From assembly GCA_012295275.1 (NCBI GenBank), contig CM022671.1, positions 3,162,001 to 3,226,000 of the forward strand: a stretch of DNA of 64,000 bases, given 5' to 3'. Under the pieces are notes generated by a model, which saw only the letters and a program-made list of their open reading frames with translations, was not told the origin of the DNA and made no database searches. Positions 42,201 through 54,890 of this stretch are shown here, piece by piece (the stretch's first letter is position 1; each line of letters begins with the position of its first letter). Source of the stretch: Chrysomallon squamiferum. Lineage: Eukaryota > Animalia > Mollusca. The translations under genes and the position numbers were made by a program.

Positions 42201-45200
42201 ATTATGGATTAAAAAATCAAAGATTTTTTTTTTTTTAAAGTACATTTTTTGCAATAACAAATGAAGCAATTTGATGAATCAATAGACAGTTTAAAAAAAA
42301 AACACTTAAAAATAGACTTTATTTATTTATTTATATGATTATTATATTATTATTTATTTTTTTTTTTTTTTTTTTTTTTTTTAAATAAGGCACAAGTTTA
42401 TTAGGAACTGTTAAATAAGATATAAAACATACACAGTTATTAATAATACATCACAGCTGGTTACTATATATAAAATTAATTTATTTTCAGTTTGTATTAT
42501 CAAAGCATAATCATTTTAGATATTACTGTAACATGAAATAAAGAAAGAAGGAATAGAGTGTTATGATGATAATGATCATGATAATGAAAAGGATGATAAT
42601 GATGACAATGACAATGACTGTAATGATATAATATTAATATTATTGTTAGACTATATTCTTCAAACATATTATTTATAATTTTTCATTATGTTATGCAGTA
42701 TATCTCAGTAAAGCTGAAGGTATGATTTGTAGCAACACTTCAGTTAAACAAAACCTCTAGCAATCATAGTTGTTATTTGCAGGCTACCTCTTACTCTGTT
42801 AACACAGAAACAGATTCAAAGTTAAGATTCCATTTGTCTTGTTGCTGATGTGATTGTGTTGCAGCAGTTTGTTTTTTTAAAGATGAATTTAGTTTGATGA
42901 ATGACTGGCATGATGACAGGCTTTCAAAAGGATGGTAAACATATAACTTAGCAATTATAAACAGTGACTTTCTGTATAAAATATGCACATCTAAAGGAAA
43001 TCTTTACAAATGGAATCTTATCTTTACTCTGCTCATACAACACCAAAATAAATAATACAAAGATAGGTTAACAAAACTTCTTAAATGTAGTCAGTGTGTA
43101 ATGATAATTTATAGAAGTGAAATAATATTCTTTTTTTTATGATGAAGTTTTCACCAGCCAGCTCTGAATGATTCACCTGTCATATATGAATCCAAATGTT
43201 TTATAAACATTTTTATTTTATGTCGTAATACACTCTTGATTGTCTACTCCTATCATCTGAGTAACTATCAATCTATTATATTTTTATATAAAATCTTACA
43301 TCAAGAAAAATTCAAATGTAGGACACAAATAATCTTCATGTATGTGCAATATTATTGTCATTCTTTGTTGTTAACACAATACTGTGAACAGTTATAATTA
43401 TAAAACTGTTAGAAAAGACAGAACAAAATTATTTAGGCTGTTACCTTACCACAGGCAAACTTAACAAGTGAATTAAGACTGAATATGAATTTTTAGCATT
43501 CTTGAAATGTTAATAAAAACACAAATTAAACAGTGTATGTATTTATACTAACCTCCCAAAGCAAACTGGAATGGCTCAGAAAAAGGACCCATATATTTAA
43601 TATTACTGAATATCCCGTCAGTAATTCCAAATATTTTCAAAATGTATTTTTTGTTGGTGGGCATATCAAAAATTGTAGTCTGTAAAATAATAATTTAAAA
43701 TAAGGCATAAGTAAAATTGAATTTCAAACTTTTTTTCTCCATTTTTTTGTAGAGAAGTATTTTGGAATTTAAAATTGAAAAACTGATATATGCTTTCCTG
43801 TTTATAGCCAGAAAATATACATTTAAAATGTTTCTTCTTAGTTCAGGAATTACAGAAGTCAATCTTTTTAAACATACTGTCATAATTATTTTAAAATTGT
43901 AGATTATAACTGTAACCTAATATGTATTTATAAATTGAGATGTCCTTAAACTTTGGCATTAGATAAACATTTATGAAAATGTATTTTATTTTACCTTGGT
44001 TACACTGCCATCTACATATTTTTCTTTCTCGTAGCTGTCTGAATCAATGTCCCACCACTTGAGGACATAGTTATCAATTCTTTTATAAAAAATCTCAGGT
44101 GGCTCCCAGCTTACGTAGACACTGCTTTCAGAAAGAATTGTCACGTTTGTTATGGTCGGAGCAGATGGTACTAAAATACAAACATTTTGTCTTAGTTTTT
44201 GCTTGAATAATTTCCATTTCATATGCATTTCTATTTCTAAAATTTTTACATGGAAGTAAAATAAATAATCATTTGTATATTTTCAGATTCTTAAAGTGGA
44301 AATTTCAAGTTTCATTGTTGTAGTTATGATCAAATGTATAACAGTCAGATTTGCATTCAAAGATACAAGTCAAGAAACCCTTTGTCCTGACTCTGCTGTG
44401 ATTATGGACTTGATTACATGTATTTTGGATCCATATTCTATGTAATATGATATGTTTATGGCAAAAGGATGCACAGTCAAGAGCATATTTAAAATAATAA
44501 CACTATCCATTCAGAACTTTTAGTCGTTATAATCAGATCTAATAGACACATATTTTATTAACAAACCCACTCCTATATGCACTCCAACTTCCAACAAAAT
44601 ACCTGACATATTCTTAGTAAAAGGTAATGAGGTAAAAACTGAATTTATGAGAGGCTAAAAATTAGAATACAAGAACAAAAACAAAACTAAAATAAAATAC
44701 AATGGAAAGTTAAGAATGTGTTGAGAATACCATCAACATCAGTTAGACCAGGAAAGTTGTCACTGAACTCTCCTTTGCCTCCATTTGTGTAAGCTGCTAC
44801 ACGAATTTTGTATTCTGAGTATGGTCCTGAAAATACAAATACTGCTAAGTTAATCTACAGAAGAAAAATATTTATAAAAAAACTAATTATTTTCAACTAA
44901 AATGATTTATTCATTCAGTTATCAGAACATGAAAGAAACAGGGACTATTACATGACGTTGCTATTTACAAAATGTGTGACTGATTTAGTGAGGATATGTT
45001 TGTATTTCAGATTTTGCAATTTCTCAATTTAATTTCAAGTTTCAAGAGTAGACTGGAGCTCAGTGATTATAAAATTAATGTCTTATTCAAGCTTATTCAT
45101 CCACAACAACACAGTGGAAAAAAAAAAAAATGATGTCCATTATCTATTTCCACTTTTACCATAAATGAACTTCCAATCCTGAAACATAAAAAATACTTGA

Positions 45201-48200
45201 TGTAATGGAGAATTAAAACTTTACTGAACCTTCTGTTATCGTGACTTATAAATGTTAACACTAAAATGTGCTGAGACAGTTGTTCAATGTTCAACTTACG
45301 GAGGTTGCTGATTAAGGCTGACATGGGATTGTTGAGATGACCGCTGATAAATCTTGTGTCCAGACTGCCGTTGTGGCTCCACTGCAATTCATACTTCCTC
45401 AGTCGACCGTTGATGTTCTTAGGAGGCTCCCAGTGCACAACAAATGATGTTCCAAGACGATTTGTAATATGTGTTATTCTTGGTTTGGATGGCACTAAAA
45501 CATTTTTTTTAATAGATAAGTTTCACATTTTAACTAAAGTAAATAAGATCTTTTGAACTAGCTACCTGTCAGGCAATAAAGGTTCATCTTATGTATATGC
45601 ATATAAAAGATTTATTACTGCTAAATAGTTTGTAATGACAGTGATAGCAGTAGATTTCCTTCTCAAACCATCTTAAACAAAGACATCATAAAACTAAAAT
45701 ATGTGTTGATGTGTTGTTCTACCATAACCACAGAGACTATTACCTCCTTCAGCTGTTCTGATTGTCACATTTGCTGCAGGACCTGAACCCAGTGTATTGT
45801 ATGCCCTAAGATGAAGTCGATATCGGGTGTATGGTTTCAAACCAGAAAGTTTGATACTCTGAAATAAGCACAGTTAGAATTCACAGATACATTGAAATGG
45901 GATGATTAAATGCAATAAAAACAGGTTGATCATGCCGAGAGTTATTTAATTTGAAACAATTAAATAAAACAACATTATTAATAAACTAAACATTGGATTT
46001 ATTTAAAGAAATTACTTACAACATGCTAAAATCTAGGTTTATGTAAAACAAATGAGTTCAAAATGTTTAAAAAATTAAAAAAACTACATTATAAAACATT
46101 TTTTAATAAAACACATTATTAAAAACTGTCTATGTAAATAAAATAATAACAGTTAAAAACTATATTCAAAACAAACATTTAACTTTACTATGTTAAACAC
46201 AACAATTACAGTTTTAGTGGGATCTTCAAGTCGGACTCGAAGAGGAATTTTGCCAACTATTTCGTAAGTCAGTTCATAGCCCTTCAATTTTCCATGCACT
46301 TCATTATGAGCCACATGATCCCATTCCAACTTTATCTCTGAACTCTTTGTGCTTGATGCCCTGATATTTCGTGGGTATCCTGTTGGTGCTGATATACATA
46401 AACAACAATTAATTAATACCATTCTGGAGTTCCTGTGAAATGATACATTTAATTTCCACTGTTTAACAAAAGAATTATATTTTCATACTGAAAAAAACAA
46501 AGTATGTAAATTAATTTGCTGCCACCTTTGTGCAATTTCTGATGCCTGACATTTACACATTGTGTCAAAACAACTAGTTTTGGTTTTTATACATTATGAA
46601 TTATATTTTGACATAGTCTACAGAAAAATACATGTGACTCTTTTACATAGGCATGATTTAAAAATAAAATTATTATCCTGGCAATGATACCATTATTTTA
46701 GTACATAATAAAGATATCATTTACATGGGTAATGATGCCATTATTCTGGGAAAGCAAAATCATTATTTTGTTAATGAAACAAATGTCTACTAATTCTGAA
46801 TGACCAGTAATTATTTTCATGAATATACATTTTCTCAATCACATGTCAAGGACAACCCTTTCTGTAATAAATAACATCATATGAAATCTCAATTACTTCC
46901 TTCACAACTGTTCTAATATTCTTATAACAAACAACAATAAATAAATAAATAAATACTATTTTGTCCCAGTTTACAACTATCTCTGTTAGCAACTGTTCCT
47001 TTTCATGGTTCCAGATTTTGAACTGTATTACAACACTATATATGAATGTAACATCCATTTCAGAATTGGATTCACATAAGTATGAGTAATATCAAATTCA
47101 CAATGTGCTGTAAATTTGAAATCCAAGTACTTTGCATCAAATCAAACCAACAATTTCAGATACCTGATAACTGAAAAATATTACTGTAAAAACATTCTTA
47201 CCTACTACAATCAAAAATCCCTAAAAAAAATGTATTTTTTTGGCAAACGTGACACAAGAGGAACATTACCTTCTTGTAAAGTAAAGAATTTATCACTAGA
47301 TTCGCTTGGAGGTCCCTTGCCTATCTCATTTTTTGCTGTGACGCGTACTTGGTAACAGGAGTACGGATGAAGCTCTCTGATTGTGATTTCCCGAGTCGAA
47401 CTTCCCACTACAACTTCTCTCTTCTCTCCTTCCCCAGCAATGGAACATTTACTGAAATTAAAACCAGTCTTTTCAGTGTACTACCAAATGTAACAGTGGT
47501 TTGTGTGAGTGTGTGTGCATGGATCAGTGTGGGAATGCATGCGTGTGTTCCTACGTACCTCATAGTAACAATGTAAACTGAGATGGGGCTGTTGTTATCA
47601 GAACTGCTGGCTTCCCACCTGACCGTTGCCTCACGAGACTGTATGTTGTCAATAAGAGGTTTCCCTGGACTACTTGGAGTATCTGAAATTCAACACAGAA
47701 AATTAAAATATTATTCAGGAAAAATGAAAACCTTGAGAATGAGAAAGTAATTAAAAAAATCCAATAATAATAATGAAGAATAATTTTTTTTTTTTTTTTA
47801 AATTAGCAAGTTAGTTTATTTATATCATAATTAGTATGTAATGTGTAAAATCATTAATTTTGTCAGTGCTAAAAACATTAAGACTACAGACCTAGATGTG
47901 CATGTTGAGTTAGAAAACCTAAATATTTGAGTTTCTTTAAATTAAAATATCTTGAACATCTTTAATTGTCATTATAAATCTTTATATCAGCATGTCAATT
48001 TAAATTCATTCTTTGTAAGAGATTTATGTTAAAAAAGAAATATTGTTATAATGTTTTTAACTCTTTCATTTCCAGTTAAACAATTATAAGGAAAACAAAA
48101 AATCAACTCAGAATCATATTTTCAAGGTGAAATTTATAATTTTGATATTATAATTTTGGAAACTGTAAGAAAACATGATTTATTACCTTTTTTAGGGGTG

Positions 48201-51200
48201 AACATAGTAAGTTTAGGTAAAAAAAATCCAAACTAAAATGGGTGAAACATTTTTTTTTTTTTTAAAGTATCTTAATTTCATTAACAATTTCCGTAAATAA
48301 ATGAAATAAATTTATATAAAATGTCACTATAACTCATTTTATTTTAATACACATGTCAATTCAGACCAGTTGAAAACTACACATGTAATTATATTTTAAT
48401 AAGCTTTAATGCTAGATAAATGGTGTTTCACAATATATCTGTAAAAAATACAAGGTAATGTTTAAATTTTTTGTTGTTACAGCAATAATATTTTAAATGT
48501 ATATAAAAACCAGTCAAAATTATAGTGAGTTTGTTCAACTGTATTTTCTAGCATGTTTTATTATTTTTCAAAATCAAGATAGATAACACCTGAAAATGTT
48601 GACAGCTATGTTTATGAGAGGTTGAAAATGTGACTTGAGGTTATAGTTGATAAGTAATTAACATGTTAAATTATCAATCACTTCTCCTTCCAGTTTGTCC
48701 CCAATTCATGACAGCAACATCCACTGATCAGTTTGTATTTATAAAGCAAATACAGCTGCAAGCAACTAGGTATTTGATCATACATTTATTATCAGTGGAT
48801 TCAATAATTTGTAAGAAATGTTCTTCTGGTTCTTTGAATATAAACCTATATATCAGTTTCTACGGATGTGTATATGTGTGTGTGTGTGAGAAAGAGATAG
48901 AGATAGAGAGAGAGAAAGAGAGGTTTTTACAAATATAATCTGGAATGGAATATAGCCTAAGGTGTTCACATTGACCTTATAACCGATATATGAAGCTAGA
49001 ACCCTGTACTTATATATTTTGTCAACTATTATTACTCAAAATGACAAGATATGTAATTTGCTTTAATAAGCATGATATATATTAGGAGTAACTACTGCAT
49101 TCCTCTCTTTTAGTTTCTAGTACTGAAATAAAGGATGACAATAATATGAAAAGAAAAAAGCTGACATTTTCCTTTCTTCCTCGTATGTCTGATATAAAAC
49201 AAACTGACATACGTATCGCACATATATGTACACTCAGCAGTTTTTCATTAAGCATTTCTGCTCAAGTTGTTAAGTCAGAATTACACAACAAAAAAAAAAA
49301 ATATATATGTAATCTGTTAAATTAACTGTTACTTAATTAATCACAACTAACCTCGTACAACGAGATCCCAAGTGAGTGTTATTGAAGATCGGTTGTATGG
49401 GCTGTTAACAAACACTACACAGGTGTAGTTTGCACTGTCTGGAACAACAAGGTCATATAACACAAGGCTGTTGTTTGCAATGATGCTGAACTTGCTTTTG
49501 TTACTTGCTTCAACGTATGTTAAATTATTGCTTTGTCCTTTTGACACAATGATTATTCCGTTTCGGCGCCACAAAATGCCAGTTACTTTCTCGTCACCCC
49601 GAACATGAGAACATGCCAGACTCACTTCATCTCCAGCTACCTTCATTACTTCATGATCACCTACTTCTGTCACTGCTCCAGCACCCAAATCTGAAAGGTT
49701 AACAGTAAGTAACATATATATATATAAAATGTATCACAAAAGACCAGAATTCATTTTTCTCTTTGTAGCCATGTGAGCAGTAAATGGAAAATGAAATCTG
49801 ACACACACCATATAAATTAGAGGAATTAAATTGATTTTAAAATTAAACATGAACTCAAACAGTGGAGAAACTGTCATTGGTGACACTGCATCAATTAAAG
49901 AATGAAATTTTTTCTATTAATTTGCATTTTATTATCAAGAAATGTGTTTGTTAGAACAAAGGAAAGACAAACATATGCCAATTGAAAATAGGGTTGCACG
50001 GAATCTATGCAATAATTTTTTTATATTAGAACATCAAATTTTATCATAATTTTTCCAAAATGTAAATGGATACAACCAGATAGAGACTAGTTAGTTTCTT
50101 TTTCATGCATAACTGATTTTAACATTAAATATAATTGCTGGTTAACACCAAAGTAAACAAGAAAGTTTCAAAACAAAACAAATAATACAAAGTTATTTAA
50201 AAGCAGTTCTTTTATTGCTGGTTTTTTTTTTTTTTTTGAGTTGCTAATATTCTATGTTTTTTAATTAAATTTGTTTTAAAATAAGGACTATAAAAATAAT
50301 CCATCATATCATTTAATAAGTCTAAGAAAATCAATTTGTGTGTGAAGTGTACAATAAAATGAAAAGTTGAAAACAAGATAAAGATGTCCTAATCAAGTGA
50401 TAAAGTTCATATCAAATCTAAATCTAATTAGTAAACAATTTTCTGGATCATTAACTTTGAGGTATGCAACTATTATATACACAGAATATGTCTACAGAAA
50501 TGAAATACCTAATTATTTTGAACATATAAAATCTGATAATTACAATAACAAAAATGTGTATTATAAAGTTAACAAAAAACAACACAATTTAAGAAAAAAA
50601 AAAAATTAATAACAATAATAATAATTGCACATTATTATCACTACTAAAACACTGGTCTGTTTTAACAACAAAAGGTATAAAATATTTAATTATTTCATTC
50701 CTTACAAGTTCAATACATATATTTTCTACTTACAGATACAGCACATACCTATTAATACTTCATAACAACATATATCTAAATTTTTCATGTTATTGTCTCA
50801 TCTATTTTGTCTAAAATCAAATAAAAGTTGTTTCCAAAAATTGTGTAAGCCAACATACATTTATCTGTTTACATGTTATTTTACATTACTCAGAACCTAG
50901 AGAACAAAGAATAACAATGTTACAATGTACATTTTATAAAATGATCATCTGGAAGAAGATTTTATTAACACGTTAAATGTATTAGATGCTAATAAATAGC
51001 TTACAAACATGTAATTGTTAATATTTTTCAGAAGCTGTCCAATCTTTTAAAAATACTGAATTATGATTAATAATATAAATACTAACTTCGACATGCAGTT
51101 TCTCTCTAATTCTTCTCAAACACCACAATTATTCTTTATTTAACAAACCTTTGTGTTGAACTTACCTAGGTGAAACAGCCCAAGCAAGAAAATCAGAATC

Positions 51201-51202
51201 AT
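29128..51202 (-). CDS. Ptp99A: Receptor-type tyrosine-protein phosphatase, PTP99A / R5 (PTPRG-PTPRZ1-related) type; SP-Ig-4xFN3-TM-D1-D2, ~1230-1260 aa; apparent 1-nt frameshift at 33922-33924
   Basis: Coding exons (minus): 51202-51166, 49690-49352 (Ig), 47682-47559, 47451-47270, 46388-46210, 45858-45744, 45494-45300, 44826-44731, 44170-43995, 43679-43553 (FN3s), [42040-41990], 39971-39854 ([25 protein letters not shown]), 39233-39127, 38898-38801 ([19 protein letters not shown], as in Ptp99A), 38644-38551 (KNRYINI), 37922-37843 (DYINANY), 37473-37339 (YIATQGP), 36942-36808 (KCDQYWP), [35902-35858], 33993-33831 (WPDHG..VVHC), 33535-33400 (SAGVGRTG), 33005-32841, 32477-32307, 31329-31201, 30920-30789, 30352-30207, 29804-29669, 29295-29128. 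All introns are GT-AG with consistent phases except the single missing base. D2 reads IIVDRFGG (Cys to Asp); the C-terminus is ETNI. Confidence 0.9.
29793..30110 (-). repeat. 33-37-bp minisatellite made of the 3' splice site of exon 29804-29669
   Basis: Minus-strand unit ACTAATGGGTGTGTTTTTCAG|ATTTGGAGGGGT; 7 clear copies plus 2-3 decayed; the last copy is the real intron/exon junction. Confidence 0.9.
30400..30800 (-). repeat. Old, degenerate ~30-bp minisatellite derived from the donor junction of exon 30920-30789
   Basis: Plus-strand junction aacagaaactaaacgtacctgtgttgactc is preceded by aaaagaagttaaataagcctgtggctgctgt, aaagaacattaaaaaccttagactcctct, aatagaaattaaaaaaactgtgtctgctgt and further decayed units. 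Confidence 0.55.
31660..32332 (-). repeat. 66-68-bp minisatellite made of the 5' splice site of exon 32477-32307
   Basis: Plus-strand ACAAACCTGTAGATATG (minus CATATCTACAG|GTTTGT) at 32301 (real junction), 32235, 32167, 32099, 31981 and 31915; a truncated unit near 32050; decayed units down to about 31660. Confidence 0.9.
34019..34080. repeat. 15-bp tandem repeat GTGTAAACTTGACAT x4 next to the acceptor of the WPD-loop exon
   Basis: Directly visible; lies about 25 nt from the AG acceptor at 33995-33994. Confidence 0.9.
35858..35902 (-). CDS. Candidate 45-nt in-frame cassette exon in PTP D1 ([15 protein letters not shown])
   Basis: ttttttgttAG acceptor, CAG|GTATTT donor, phase 0-0, stop-free, inside the unusually long intron between VKK and KHSVKG. 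Confidence 0.55.
41530..41890. repeat. Degenerate AATTAACATCTGCAATGATTAACATA-type repeat with a perfect 18-bp inverted repeat at 41574-41614
   Basis: GCAGACATTAAAATAATT-ataca-AATTATTTTAATGTCTGC read directly. Confidence 0.75.
41990..42040 (-). CDS. Candidate 51-nt in-frame juxtamembrane exon of the PTP ([17 protein letters not shown])
   Basis: ttttgtgattatAG acceptor, G|GTATGT donor, phase 1-1, stop-free, between the last FN3 and the TM exon. Confidence 0.6.
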
Positions 51203-51791
51203 TCTGCTAATTCATTGGTTTGATGGTCACATGCTTCTAAAATGATAACAATAAAAAGTAATTCAATTATACGTTCAAATTTATAATTTAAGACAATTTA
51301 TAACAGATCCAAAACTAAAAGTTAAATTATTTTTTATAAATATAAAGCTTACCTGAATGACAATGTTCATTTACTATACTCATGCAAGATATATATAGTA
51401 CATAATCATCACTATTCTGAGGTATTAATATTATTTTTAAAAAAAAAAAAAAAATCAAATCCCGATTAAAATTTATATAAATTTATATAAATTTTAATGT
51501 ACAAACGCGGAATATTTCTTAATCAACATTTCAGTAAAGAAGTTAAATGTTTTGAGTATTGTGAAAAAAAATCGAAAATATATATCATTAACTACTGCTG
51601 CTGTTAATAGAAGGGGAGATGTCTGACACAAGAATGTACTTATTTAATATTTCTCTATTCAATATTTGTCATAATTTGTATTATTTGACATTTCCCATCT
51701 GCGAAAAGAAGCATTATTTATAAGCATGCATTAATTGTAATAAAACGGATATAATACTCCGATTAAAAAATATAACAGGAATATTAAATAC

Positions 51792-51915
51792 CTGTTTCTG
51801 CAATTTCATTATGAAGAGAAACAAAAGCCGATAAACTACATAATTCATTCAAGAACACATATTCCGAACATCCGCCATCTTTTTAGGATTGCAATTGCTT
51901 CCGGTCACGTGATAT
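51792..51915 (-). promoter_or_regulatory. Putative PTP promoter and non-coding first exon
   Basis: E-box/USF-TFE-type GTCACGTGA (51904-51912) overlapping an ETS-type CCGGAAG (51904-51898), YY1-type AAGATGGCGG (51881-51872), then donor CAG|GTATTT after 51792; acceptor ttttAG before 51236 leads to the signal-peptide ATG at 51202. Confidence 0.6.
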
Positions 51916-52294
51916 CTATTGCACCTCACTGGTCCTATAACATCTTCAGGTAGGCTTACAGTACGAGTTAATCTACCAATTTTGTTTTAATTTTTAAATT
52001 TTTTTTAGATTTAGACTTATAACTTCTTTGACAGGTCAAGAGTATATAATAAATTTTATCATATCAAAAAACATTTACTGAATGAATAAATATTTTCTGA
52101 ACACATTTTTCTATTAATGTTTAATGTGTCTTAATCTTGTTTATAATATTTAAAAATTATAGAAATAAAATATACGTTTATCAAATCAAAAAAACAAATA
52201 TAACTGTTATGGATTAACGAGGTATGCTTTTTCTTTTAATTTTCCAAACATTTTTCACATGCGCGTACATACACTGTCTTAAGATGTAAGTCAA

Positions 52295-52337
<43 letters not shown>

Positions 52338-52577
52338 GCATTTTGGAATAGGCCACTAACTAGATGGTCAAATATTTTTATTTCAAGATTTTTTATACAG
52401 TTGAACAAGGCATTAAATTGCTAAATTGTGTATAAATAAAATAAATCCGAACCATTAAAGCATTTAAATGTATAGAGTATAATTTAAACTAATGGTTGAA
52501 AGTAGATGCACTGCTAGTCATACGATCGCATTTCAAGGTTAATAACTAAATACATATACATATATACATACATATAC

Positions 52578-52631
<54 letters not shown>

Positions 52632-52699
52632 CAACTGACCATAAAACAATGTTTAAATTTATTTAATAATATTGTTGCAAAAGAACTGAACGTCGCTAG

Positions 52700-52830
52700 T
52701 AGTTGTTACGTCATCGCGTACATGGCCGGACGATGGTTGATGTTTTCCTGAAGCCAAAAGAAACATTAAACAAAATTAGTCAGCTCTCTACGCAGTGACG
52801 TCACGACAACAAAAATGGCGGCGGCCGGAT
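52700..52830 (+). promoter_or_regulatory. CpG-rich promoter-like island (CRE palindrome plus YY1 motif) with no assigned gene
   Basis: GTGACGTCAC at 52795-52804, half-CRE TTACGTCA near 52706, AAAATGGCGGC at 52812-52822. May instead be a transposon subterminal relic. Confidence 0.35.
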
Positions 52831-53069
52831 AATTTTTGATCGGTTTAGTTGATTTATTTCGTTATTTATTAAGCTTGGAGGAAAGGAAATAAGTAAAATA
52901 TAATTTGGAAGCATTTATAACATTTTTAGACAATTTCTTCTGTTTTCGAATAAAACAGTACATCGTGAATCTAAAGGGAAAAAAGCACTGATTAATAAAT
53001 CCTAATGAGAACTAAAAAACCCATTAATAATTTACTGATTTCATGTATAATAATAATAATAATAATAAT

Positions 53070-53101
<32 letters not shown>

Positions 53102-53649
53102 AAATAACAGAAACAGATCGTTATAAATATAACGAATAATATTTATTTATATTTATTTATTTATTATTTTCATTTATTTATTTTGTTTTATTTTTTAAGA
53201 TCTTTTTATTGTCTGTTATTTGTTGTCGCTACGACTGTCTTCTCTTGCTTAAATGTGTTTCACCAGCAGTCATTAAAAAATATTTCAATGATTTTGTTTG
53301 TTTGTTTGTTTGTTGTTGTTGTTTTTTTGTGGGGGGGTTTGTTTTGTTTTGGGGGGTGTTTTTTGTTGTTCTTTTTGCAGCAATAGCGAGTACAGTTAAT
53401 CAAGGGACATAACTCGTGTTCGTTTATATTACTCAGTCGTAGAAGTTATCTTTTATTGTAAATCATTTGTAATGAAAAAACAAGACGGTGTCTCCAAAGG
53501 CAATAGTCTAAAATAGGCTATTTTGGAATTTGAACCAGTAGCACTTCTTATCTTTTTGGATGGTGGCACTTCAAAAGGTAGCATCTACAAAATAGTTAAA
53601 AGACACAACACAGGTTGTTAAATACTCCACGTCACAACATTATCGGCGA

Positions 53650-53830
53650 AATTTGCACTGTCAAGTCTGCTGCCTAATGAGACTGACTGCATTTGCGCGG
53701 GAGGTGGGAACCATCAGTTCTGCACAGGAAGCTCAAATAAAATATTCTGACAAACATCAACGAGAAGTTCCTGACATAAACGTAATCATCCACATCTGTT
53801 AATGAATTTATGAAACATCTTGGATTGTCT
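53650..53830 (+). pseudogene. Possible frameshifted Cys-rich fragment resembling the P2X7 ballast / nanor / KolX domain
   Basis: With 2-3 frameshifts it reads CTCQVC-LPNETDCICxREVGTI...HIC**IYETSW; similarity judged by eye only. Confidence 0.3.
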
Positions 53831-53889
53831 GGGGTTTTTTATTATTATTTTTTATTTTTTTATTTTTATTTTTTAATATAGCAAGTTTA

Positions 53890-54824
53890 TGTGTGTGAGT
53901 GACTGTGTTTGCGTATAGATATACGTGTTTATATTTCTTTGTGTTCCTGTATGCTGTGCATGTAGCTGTGTATATACAGTGTGAATGTATGCGTATATAT
54001 GTGTGTGCATATATATATACACACATACAGACATACTACTACATACCGATACATGTATATATATGTGTAAACCGATACAGATCCAGACACATACACATAC
54101 AAACCGATACAGATCCACACACACATACACATAAACCGTACAAAACATGCAAGCACATAAAATATATATGTATGTATATACATTCACATATATATATGTA
54201 ACAAAAACAATGCACACAATATGCAATATATATATATTTATTTATTTAAAGTTATACATATAAACGTACAGAGACACATGTACAAATATGTATACATTTG
54301 TTTATATATATATATACATAGGTGTGTGGTTATATGTGTATACGTACATATGTACGTGCACGTATGTGTATGTACATGTGTGGATTTGTATCGGGTTGCG
54401 TGCATACTTTTAAAGATTTTTTTGTTTGCATATGTCTATGTTGTGTACGTATTTGTGTGTTTGTCTTTACGTGCGATGGGTTCTCTTTCTAAATGTGTTT
54501 GTTATTTTTTTCTTTTTCTTTATTTTTGTTTATATATGTGTTTGTGTGCGTGCGTTTTTGACTTGCATATGTATATTATATATGTAAGTAAGTCAGTGTA
54601 TATATTTAAGTATCCATCAATGTACATCTTTACTTTTAACTTGTTCTTTCTTTAAAATTTGTGTTTGTTTTTGTATGTGCGTCGATGTGTTTGTTTTGTA
54701 TGAATGTATGTGTGTGCCTGTATATGGATGAATATGTACGTTTTTACTTGTGTGCATATGTATGTAGACAGTCTTTCTCTCTCTATGAATGTATGTACGT
54801 TTGTTGTGTATATTATTATTATTA

Positions 54825-54886
<62 letters not shown>

Positions 54887-54890
54887 TAAT
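53890..54890. repeat. (CA/TA/TG)-rich low-complexity block ending in (ATT)n
   Basis: Directly visible; source of many spurious ORFs. Confidence 0.9.
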
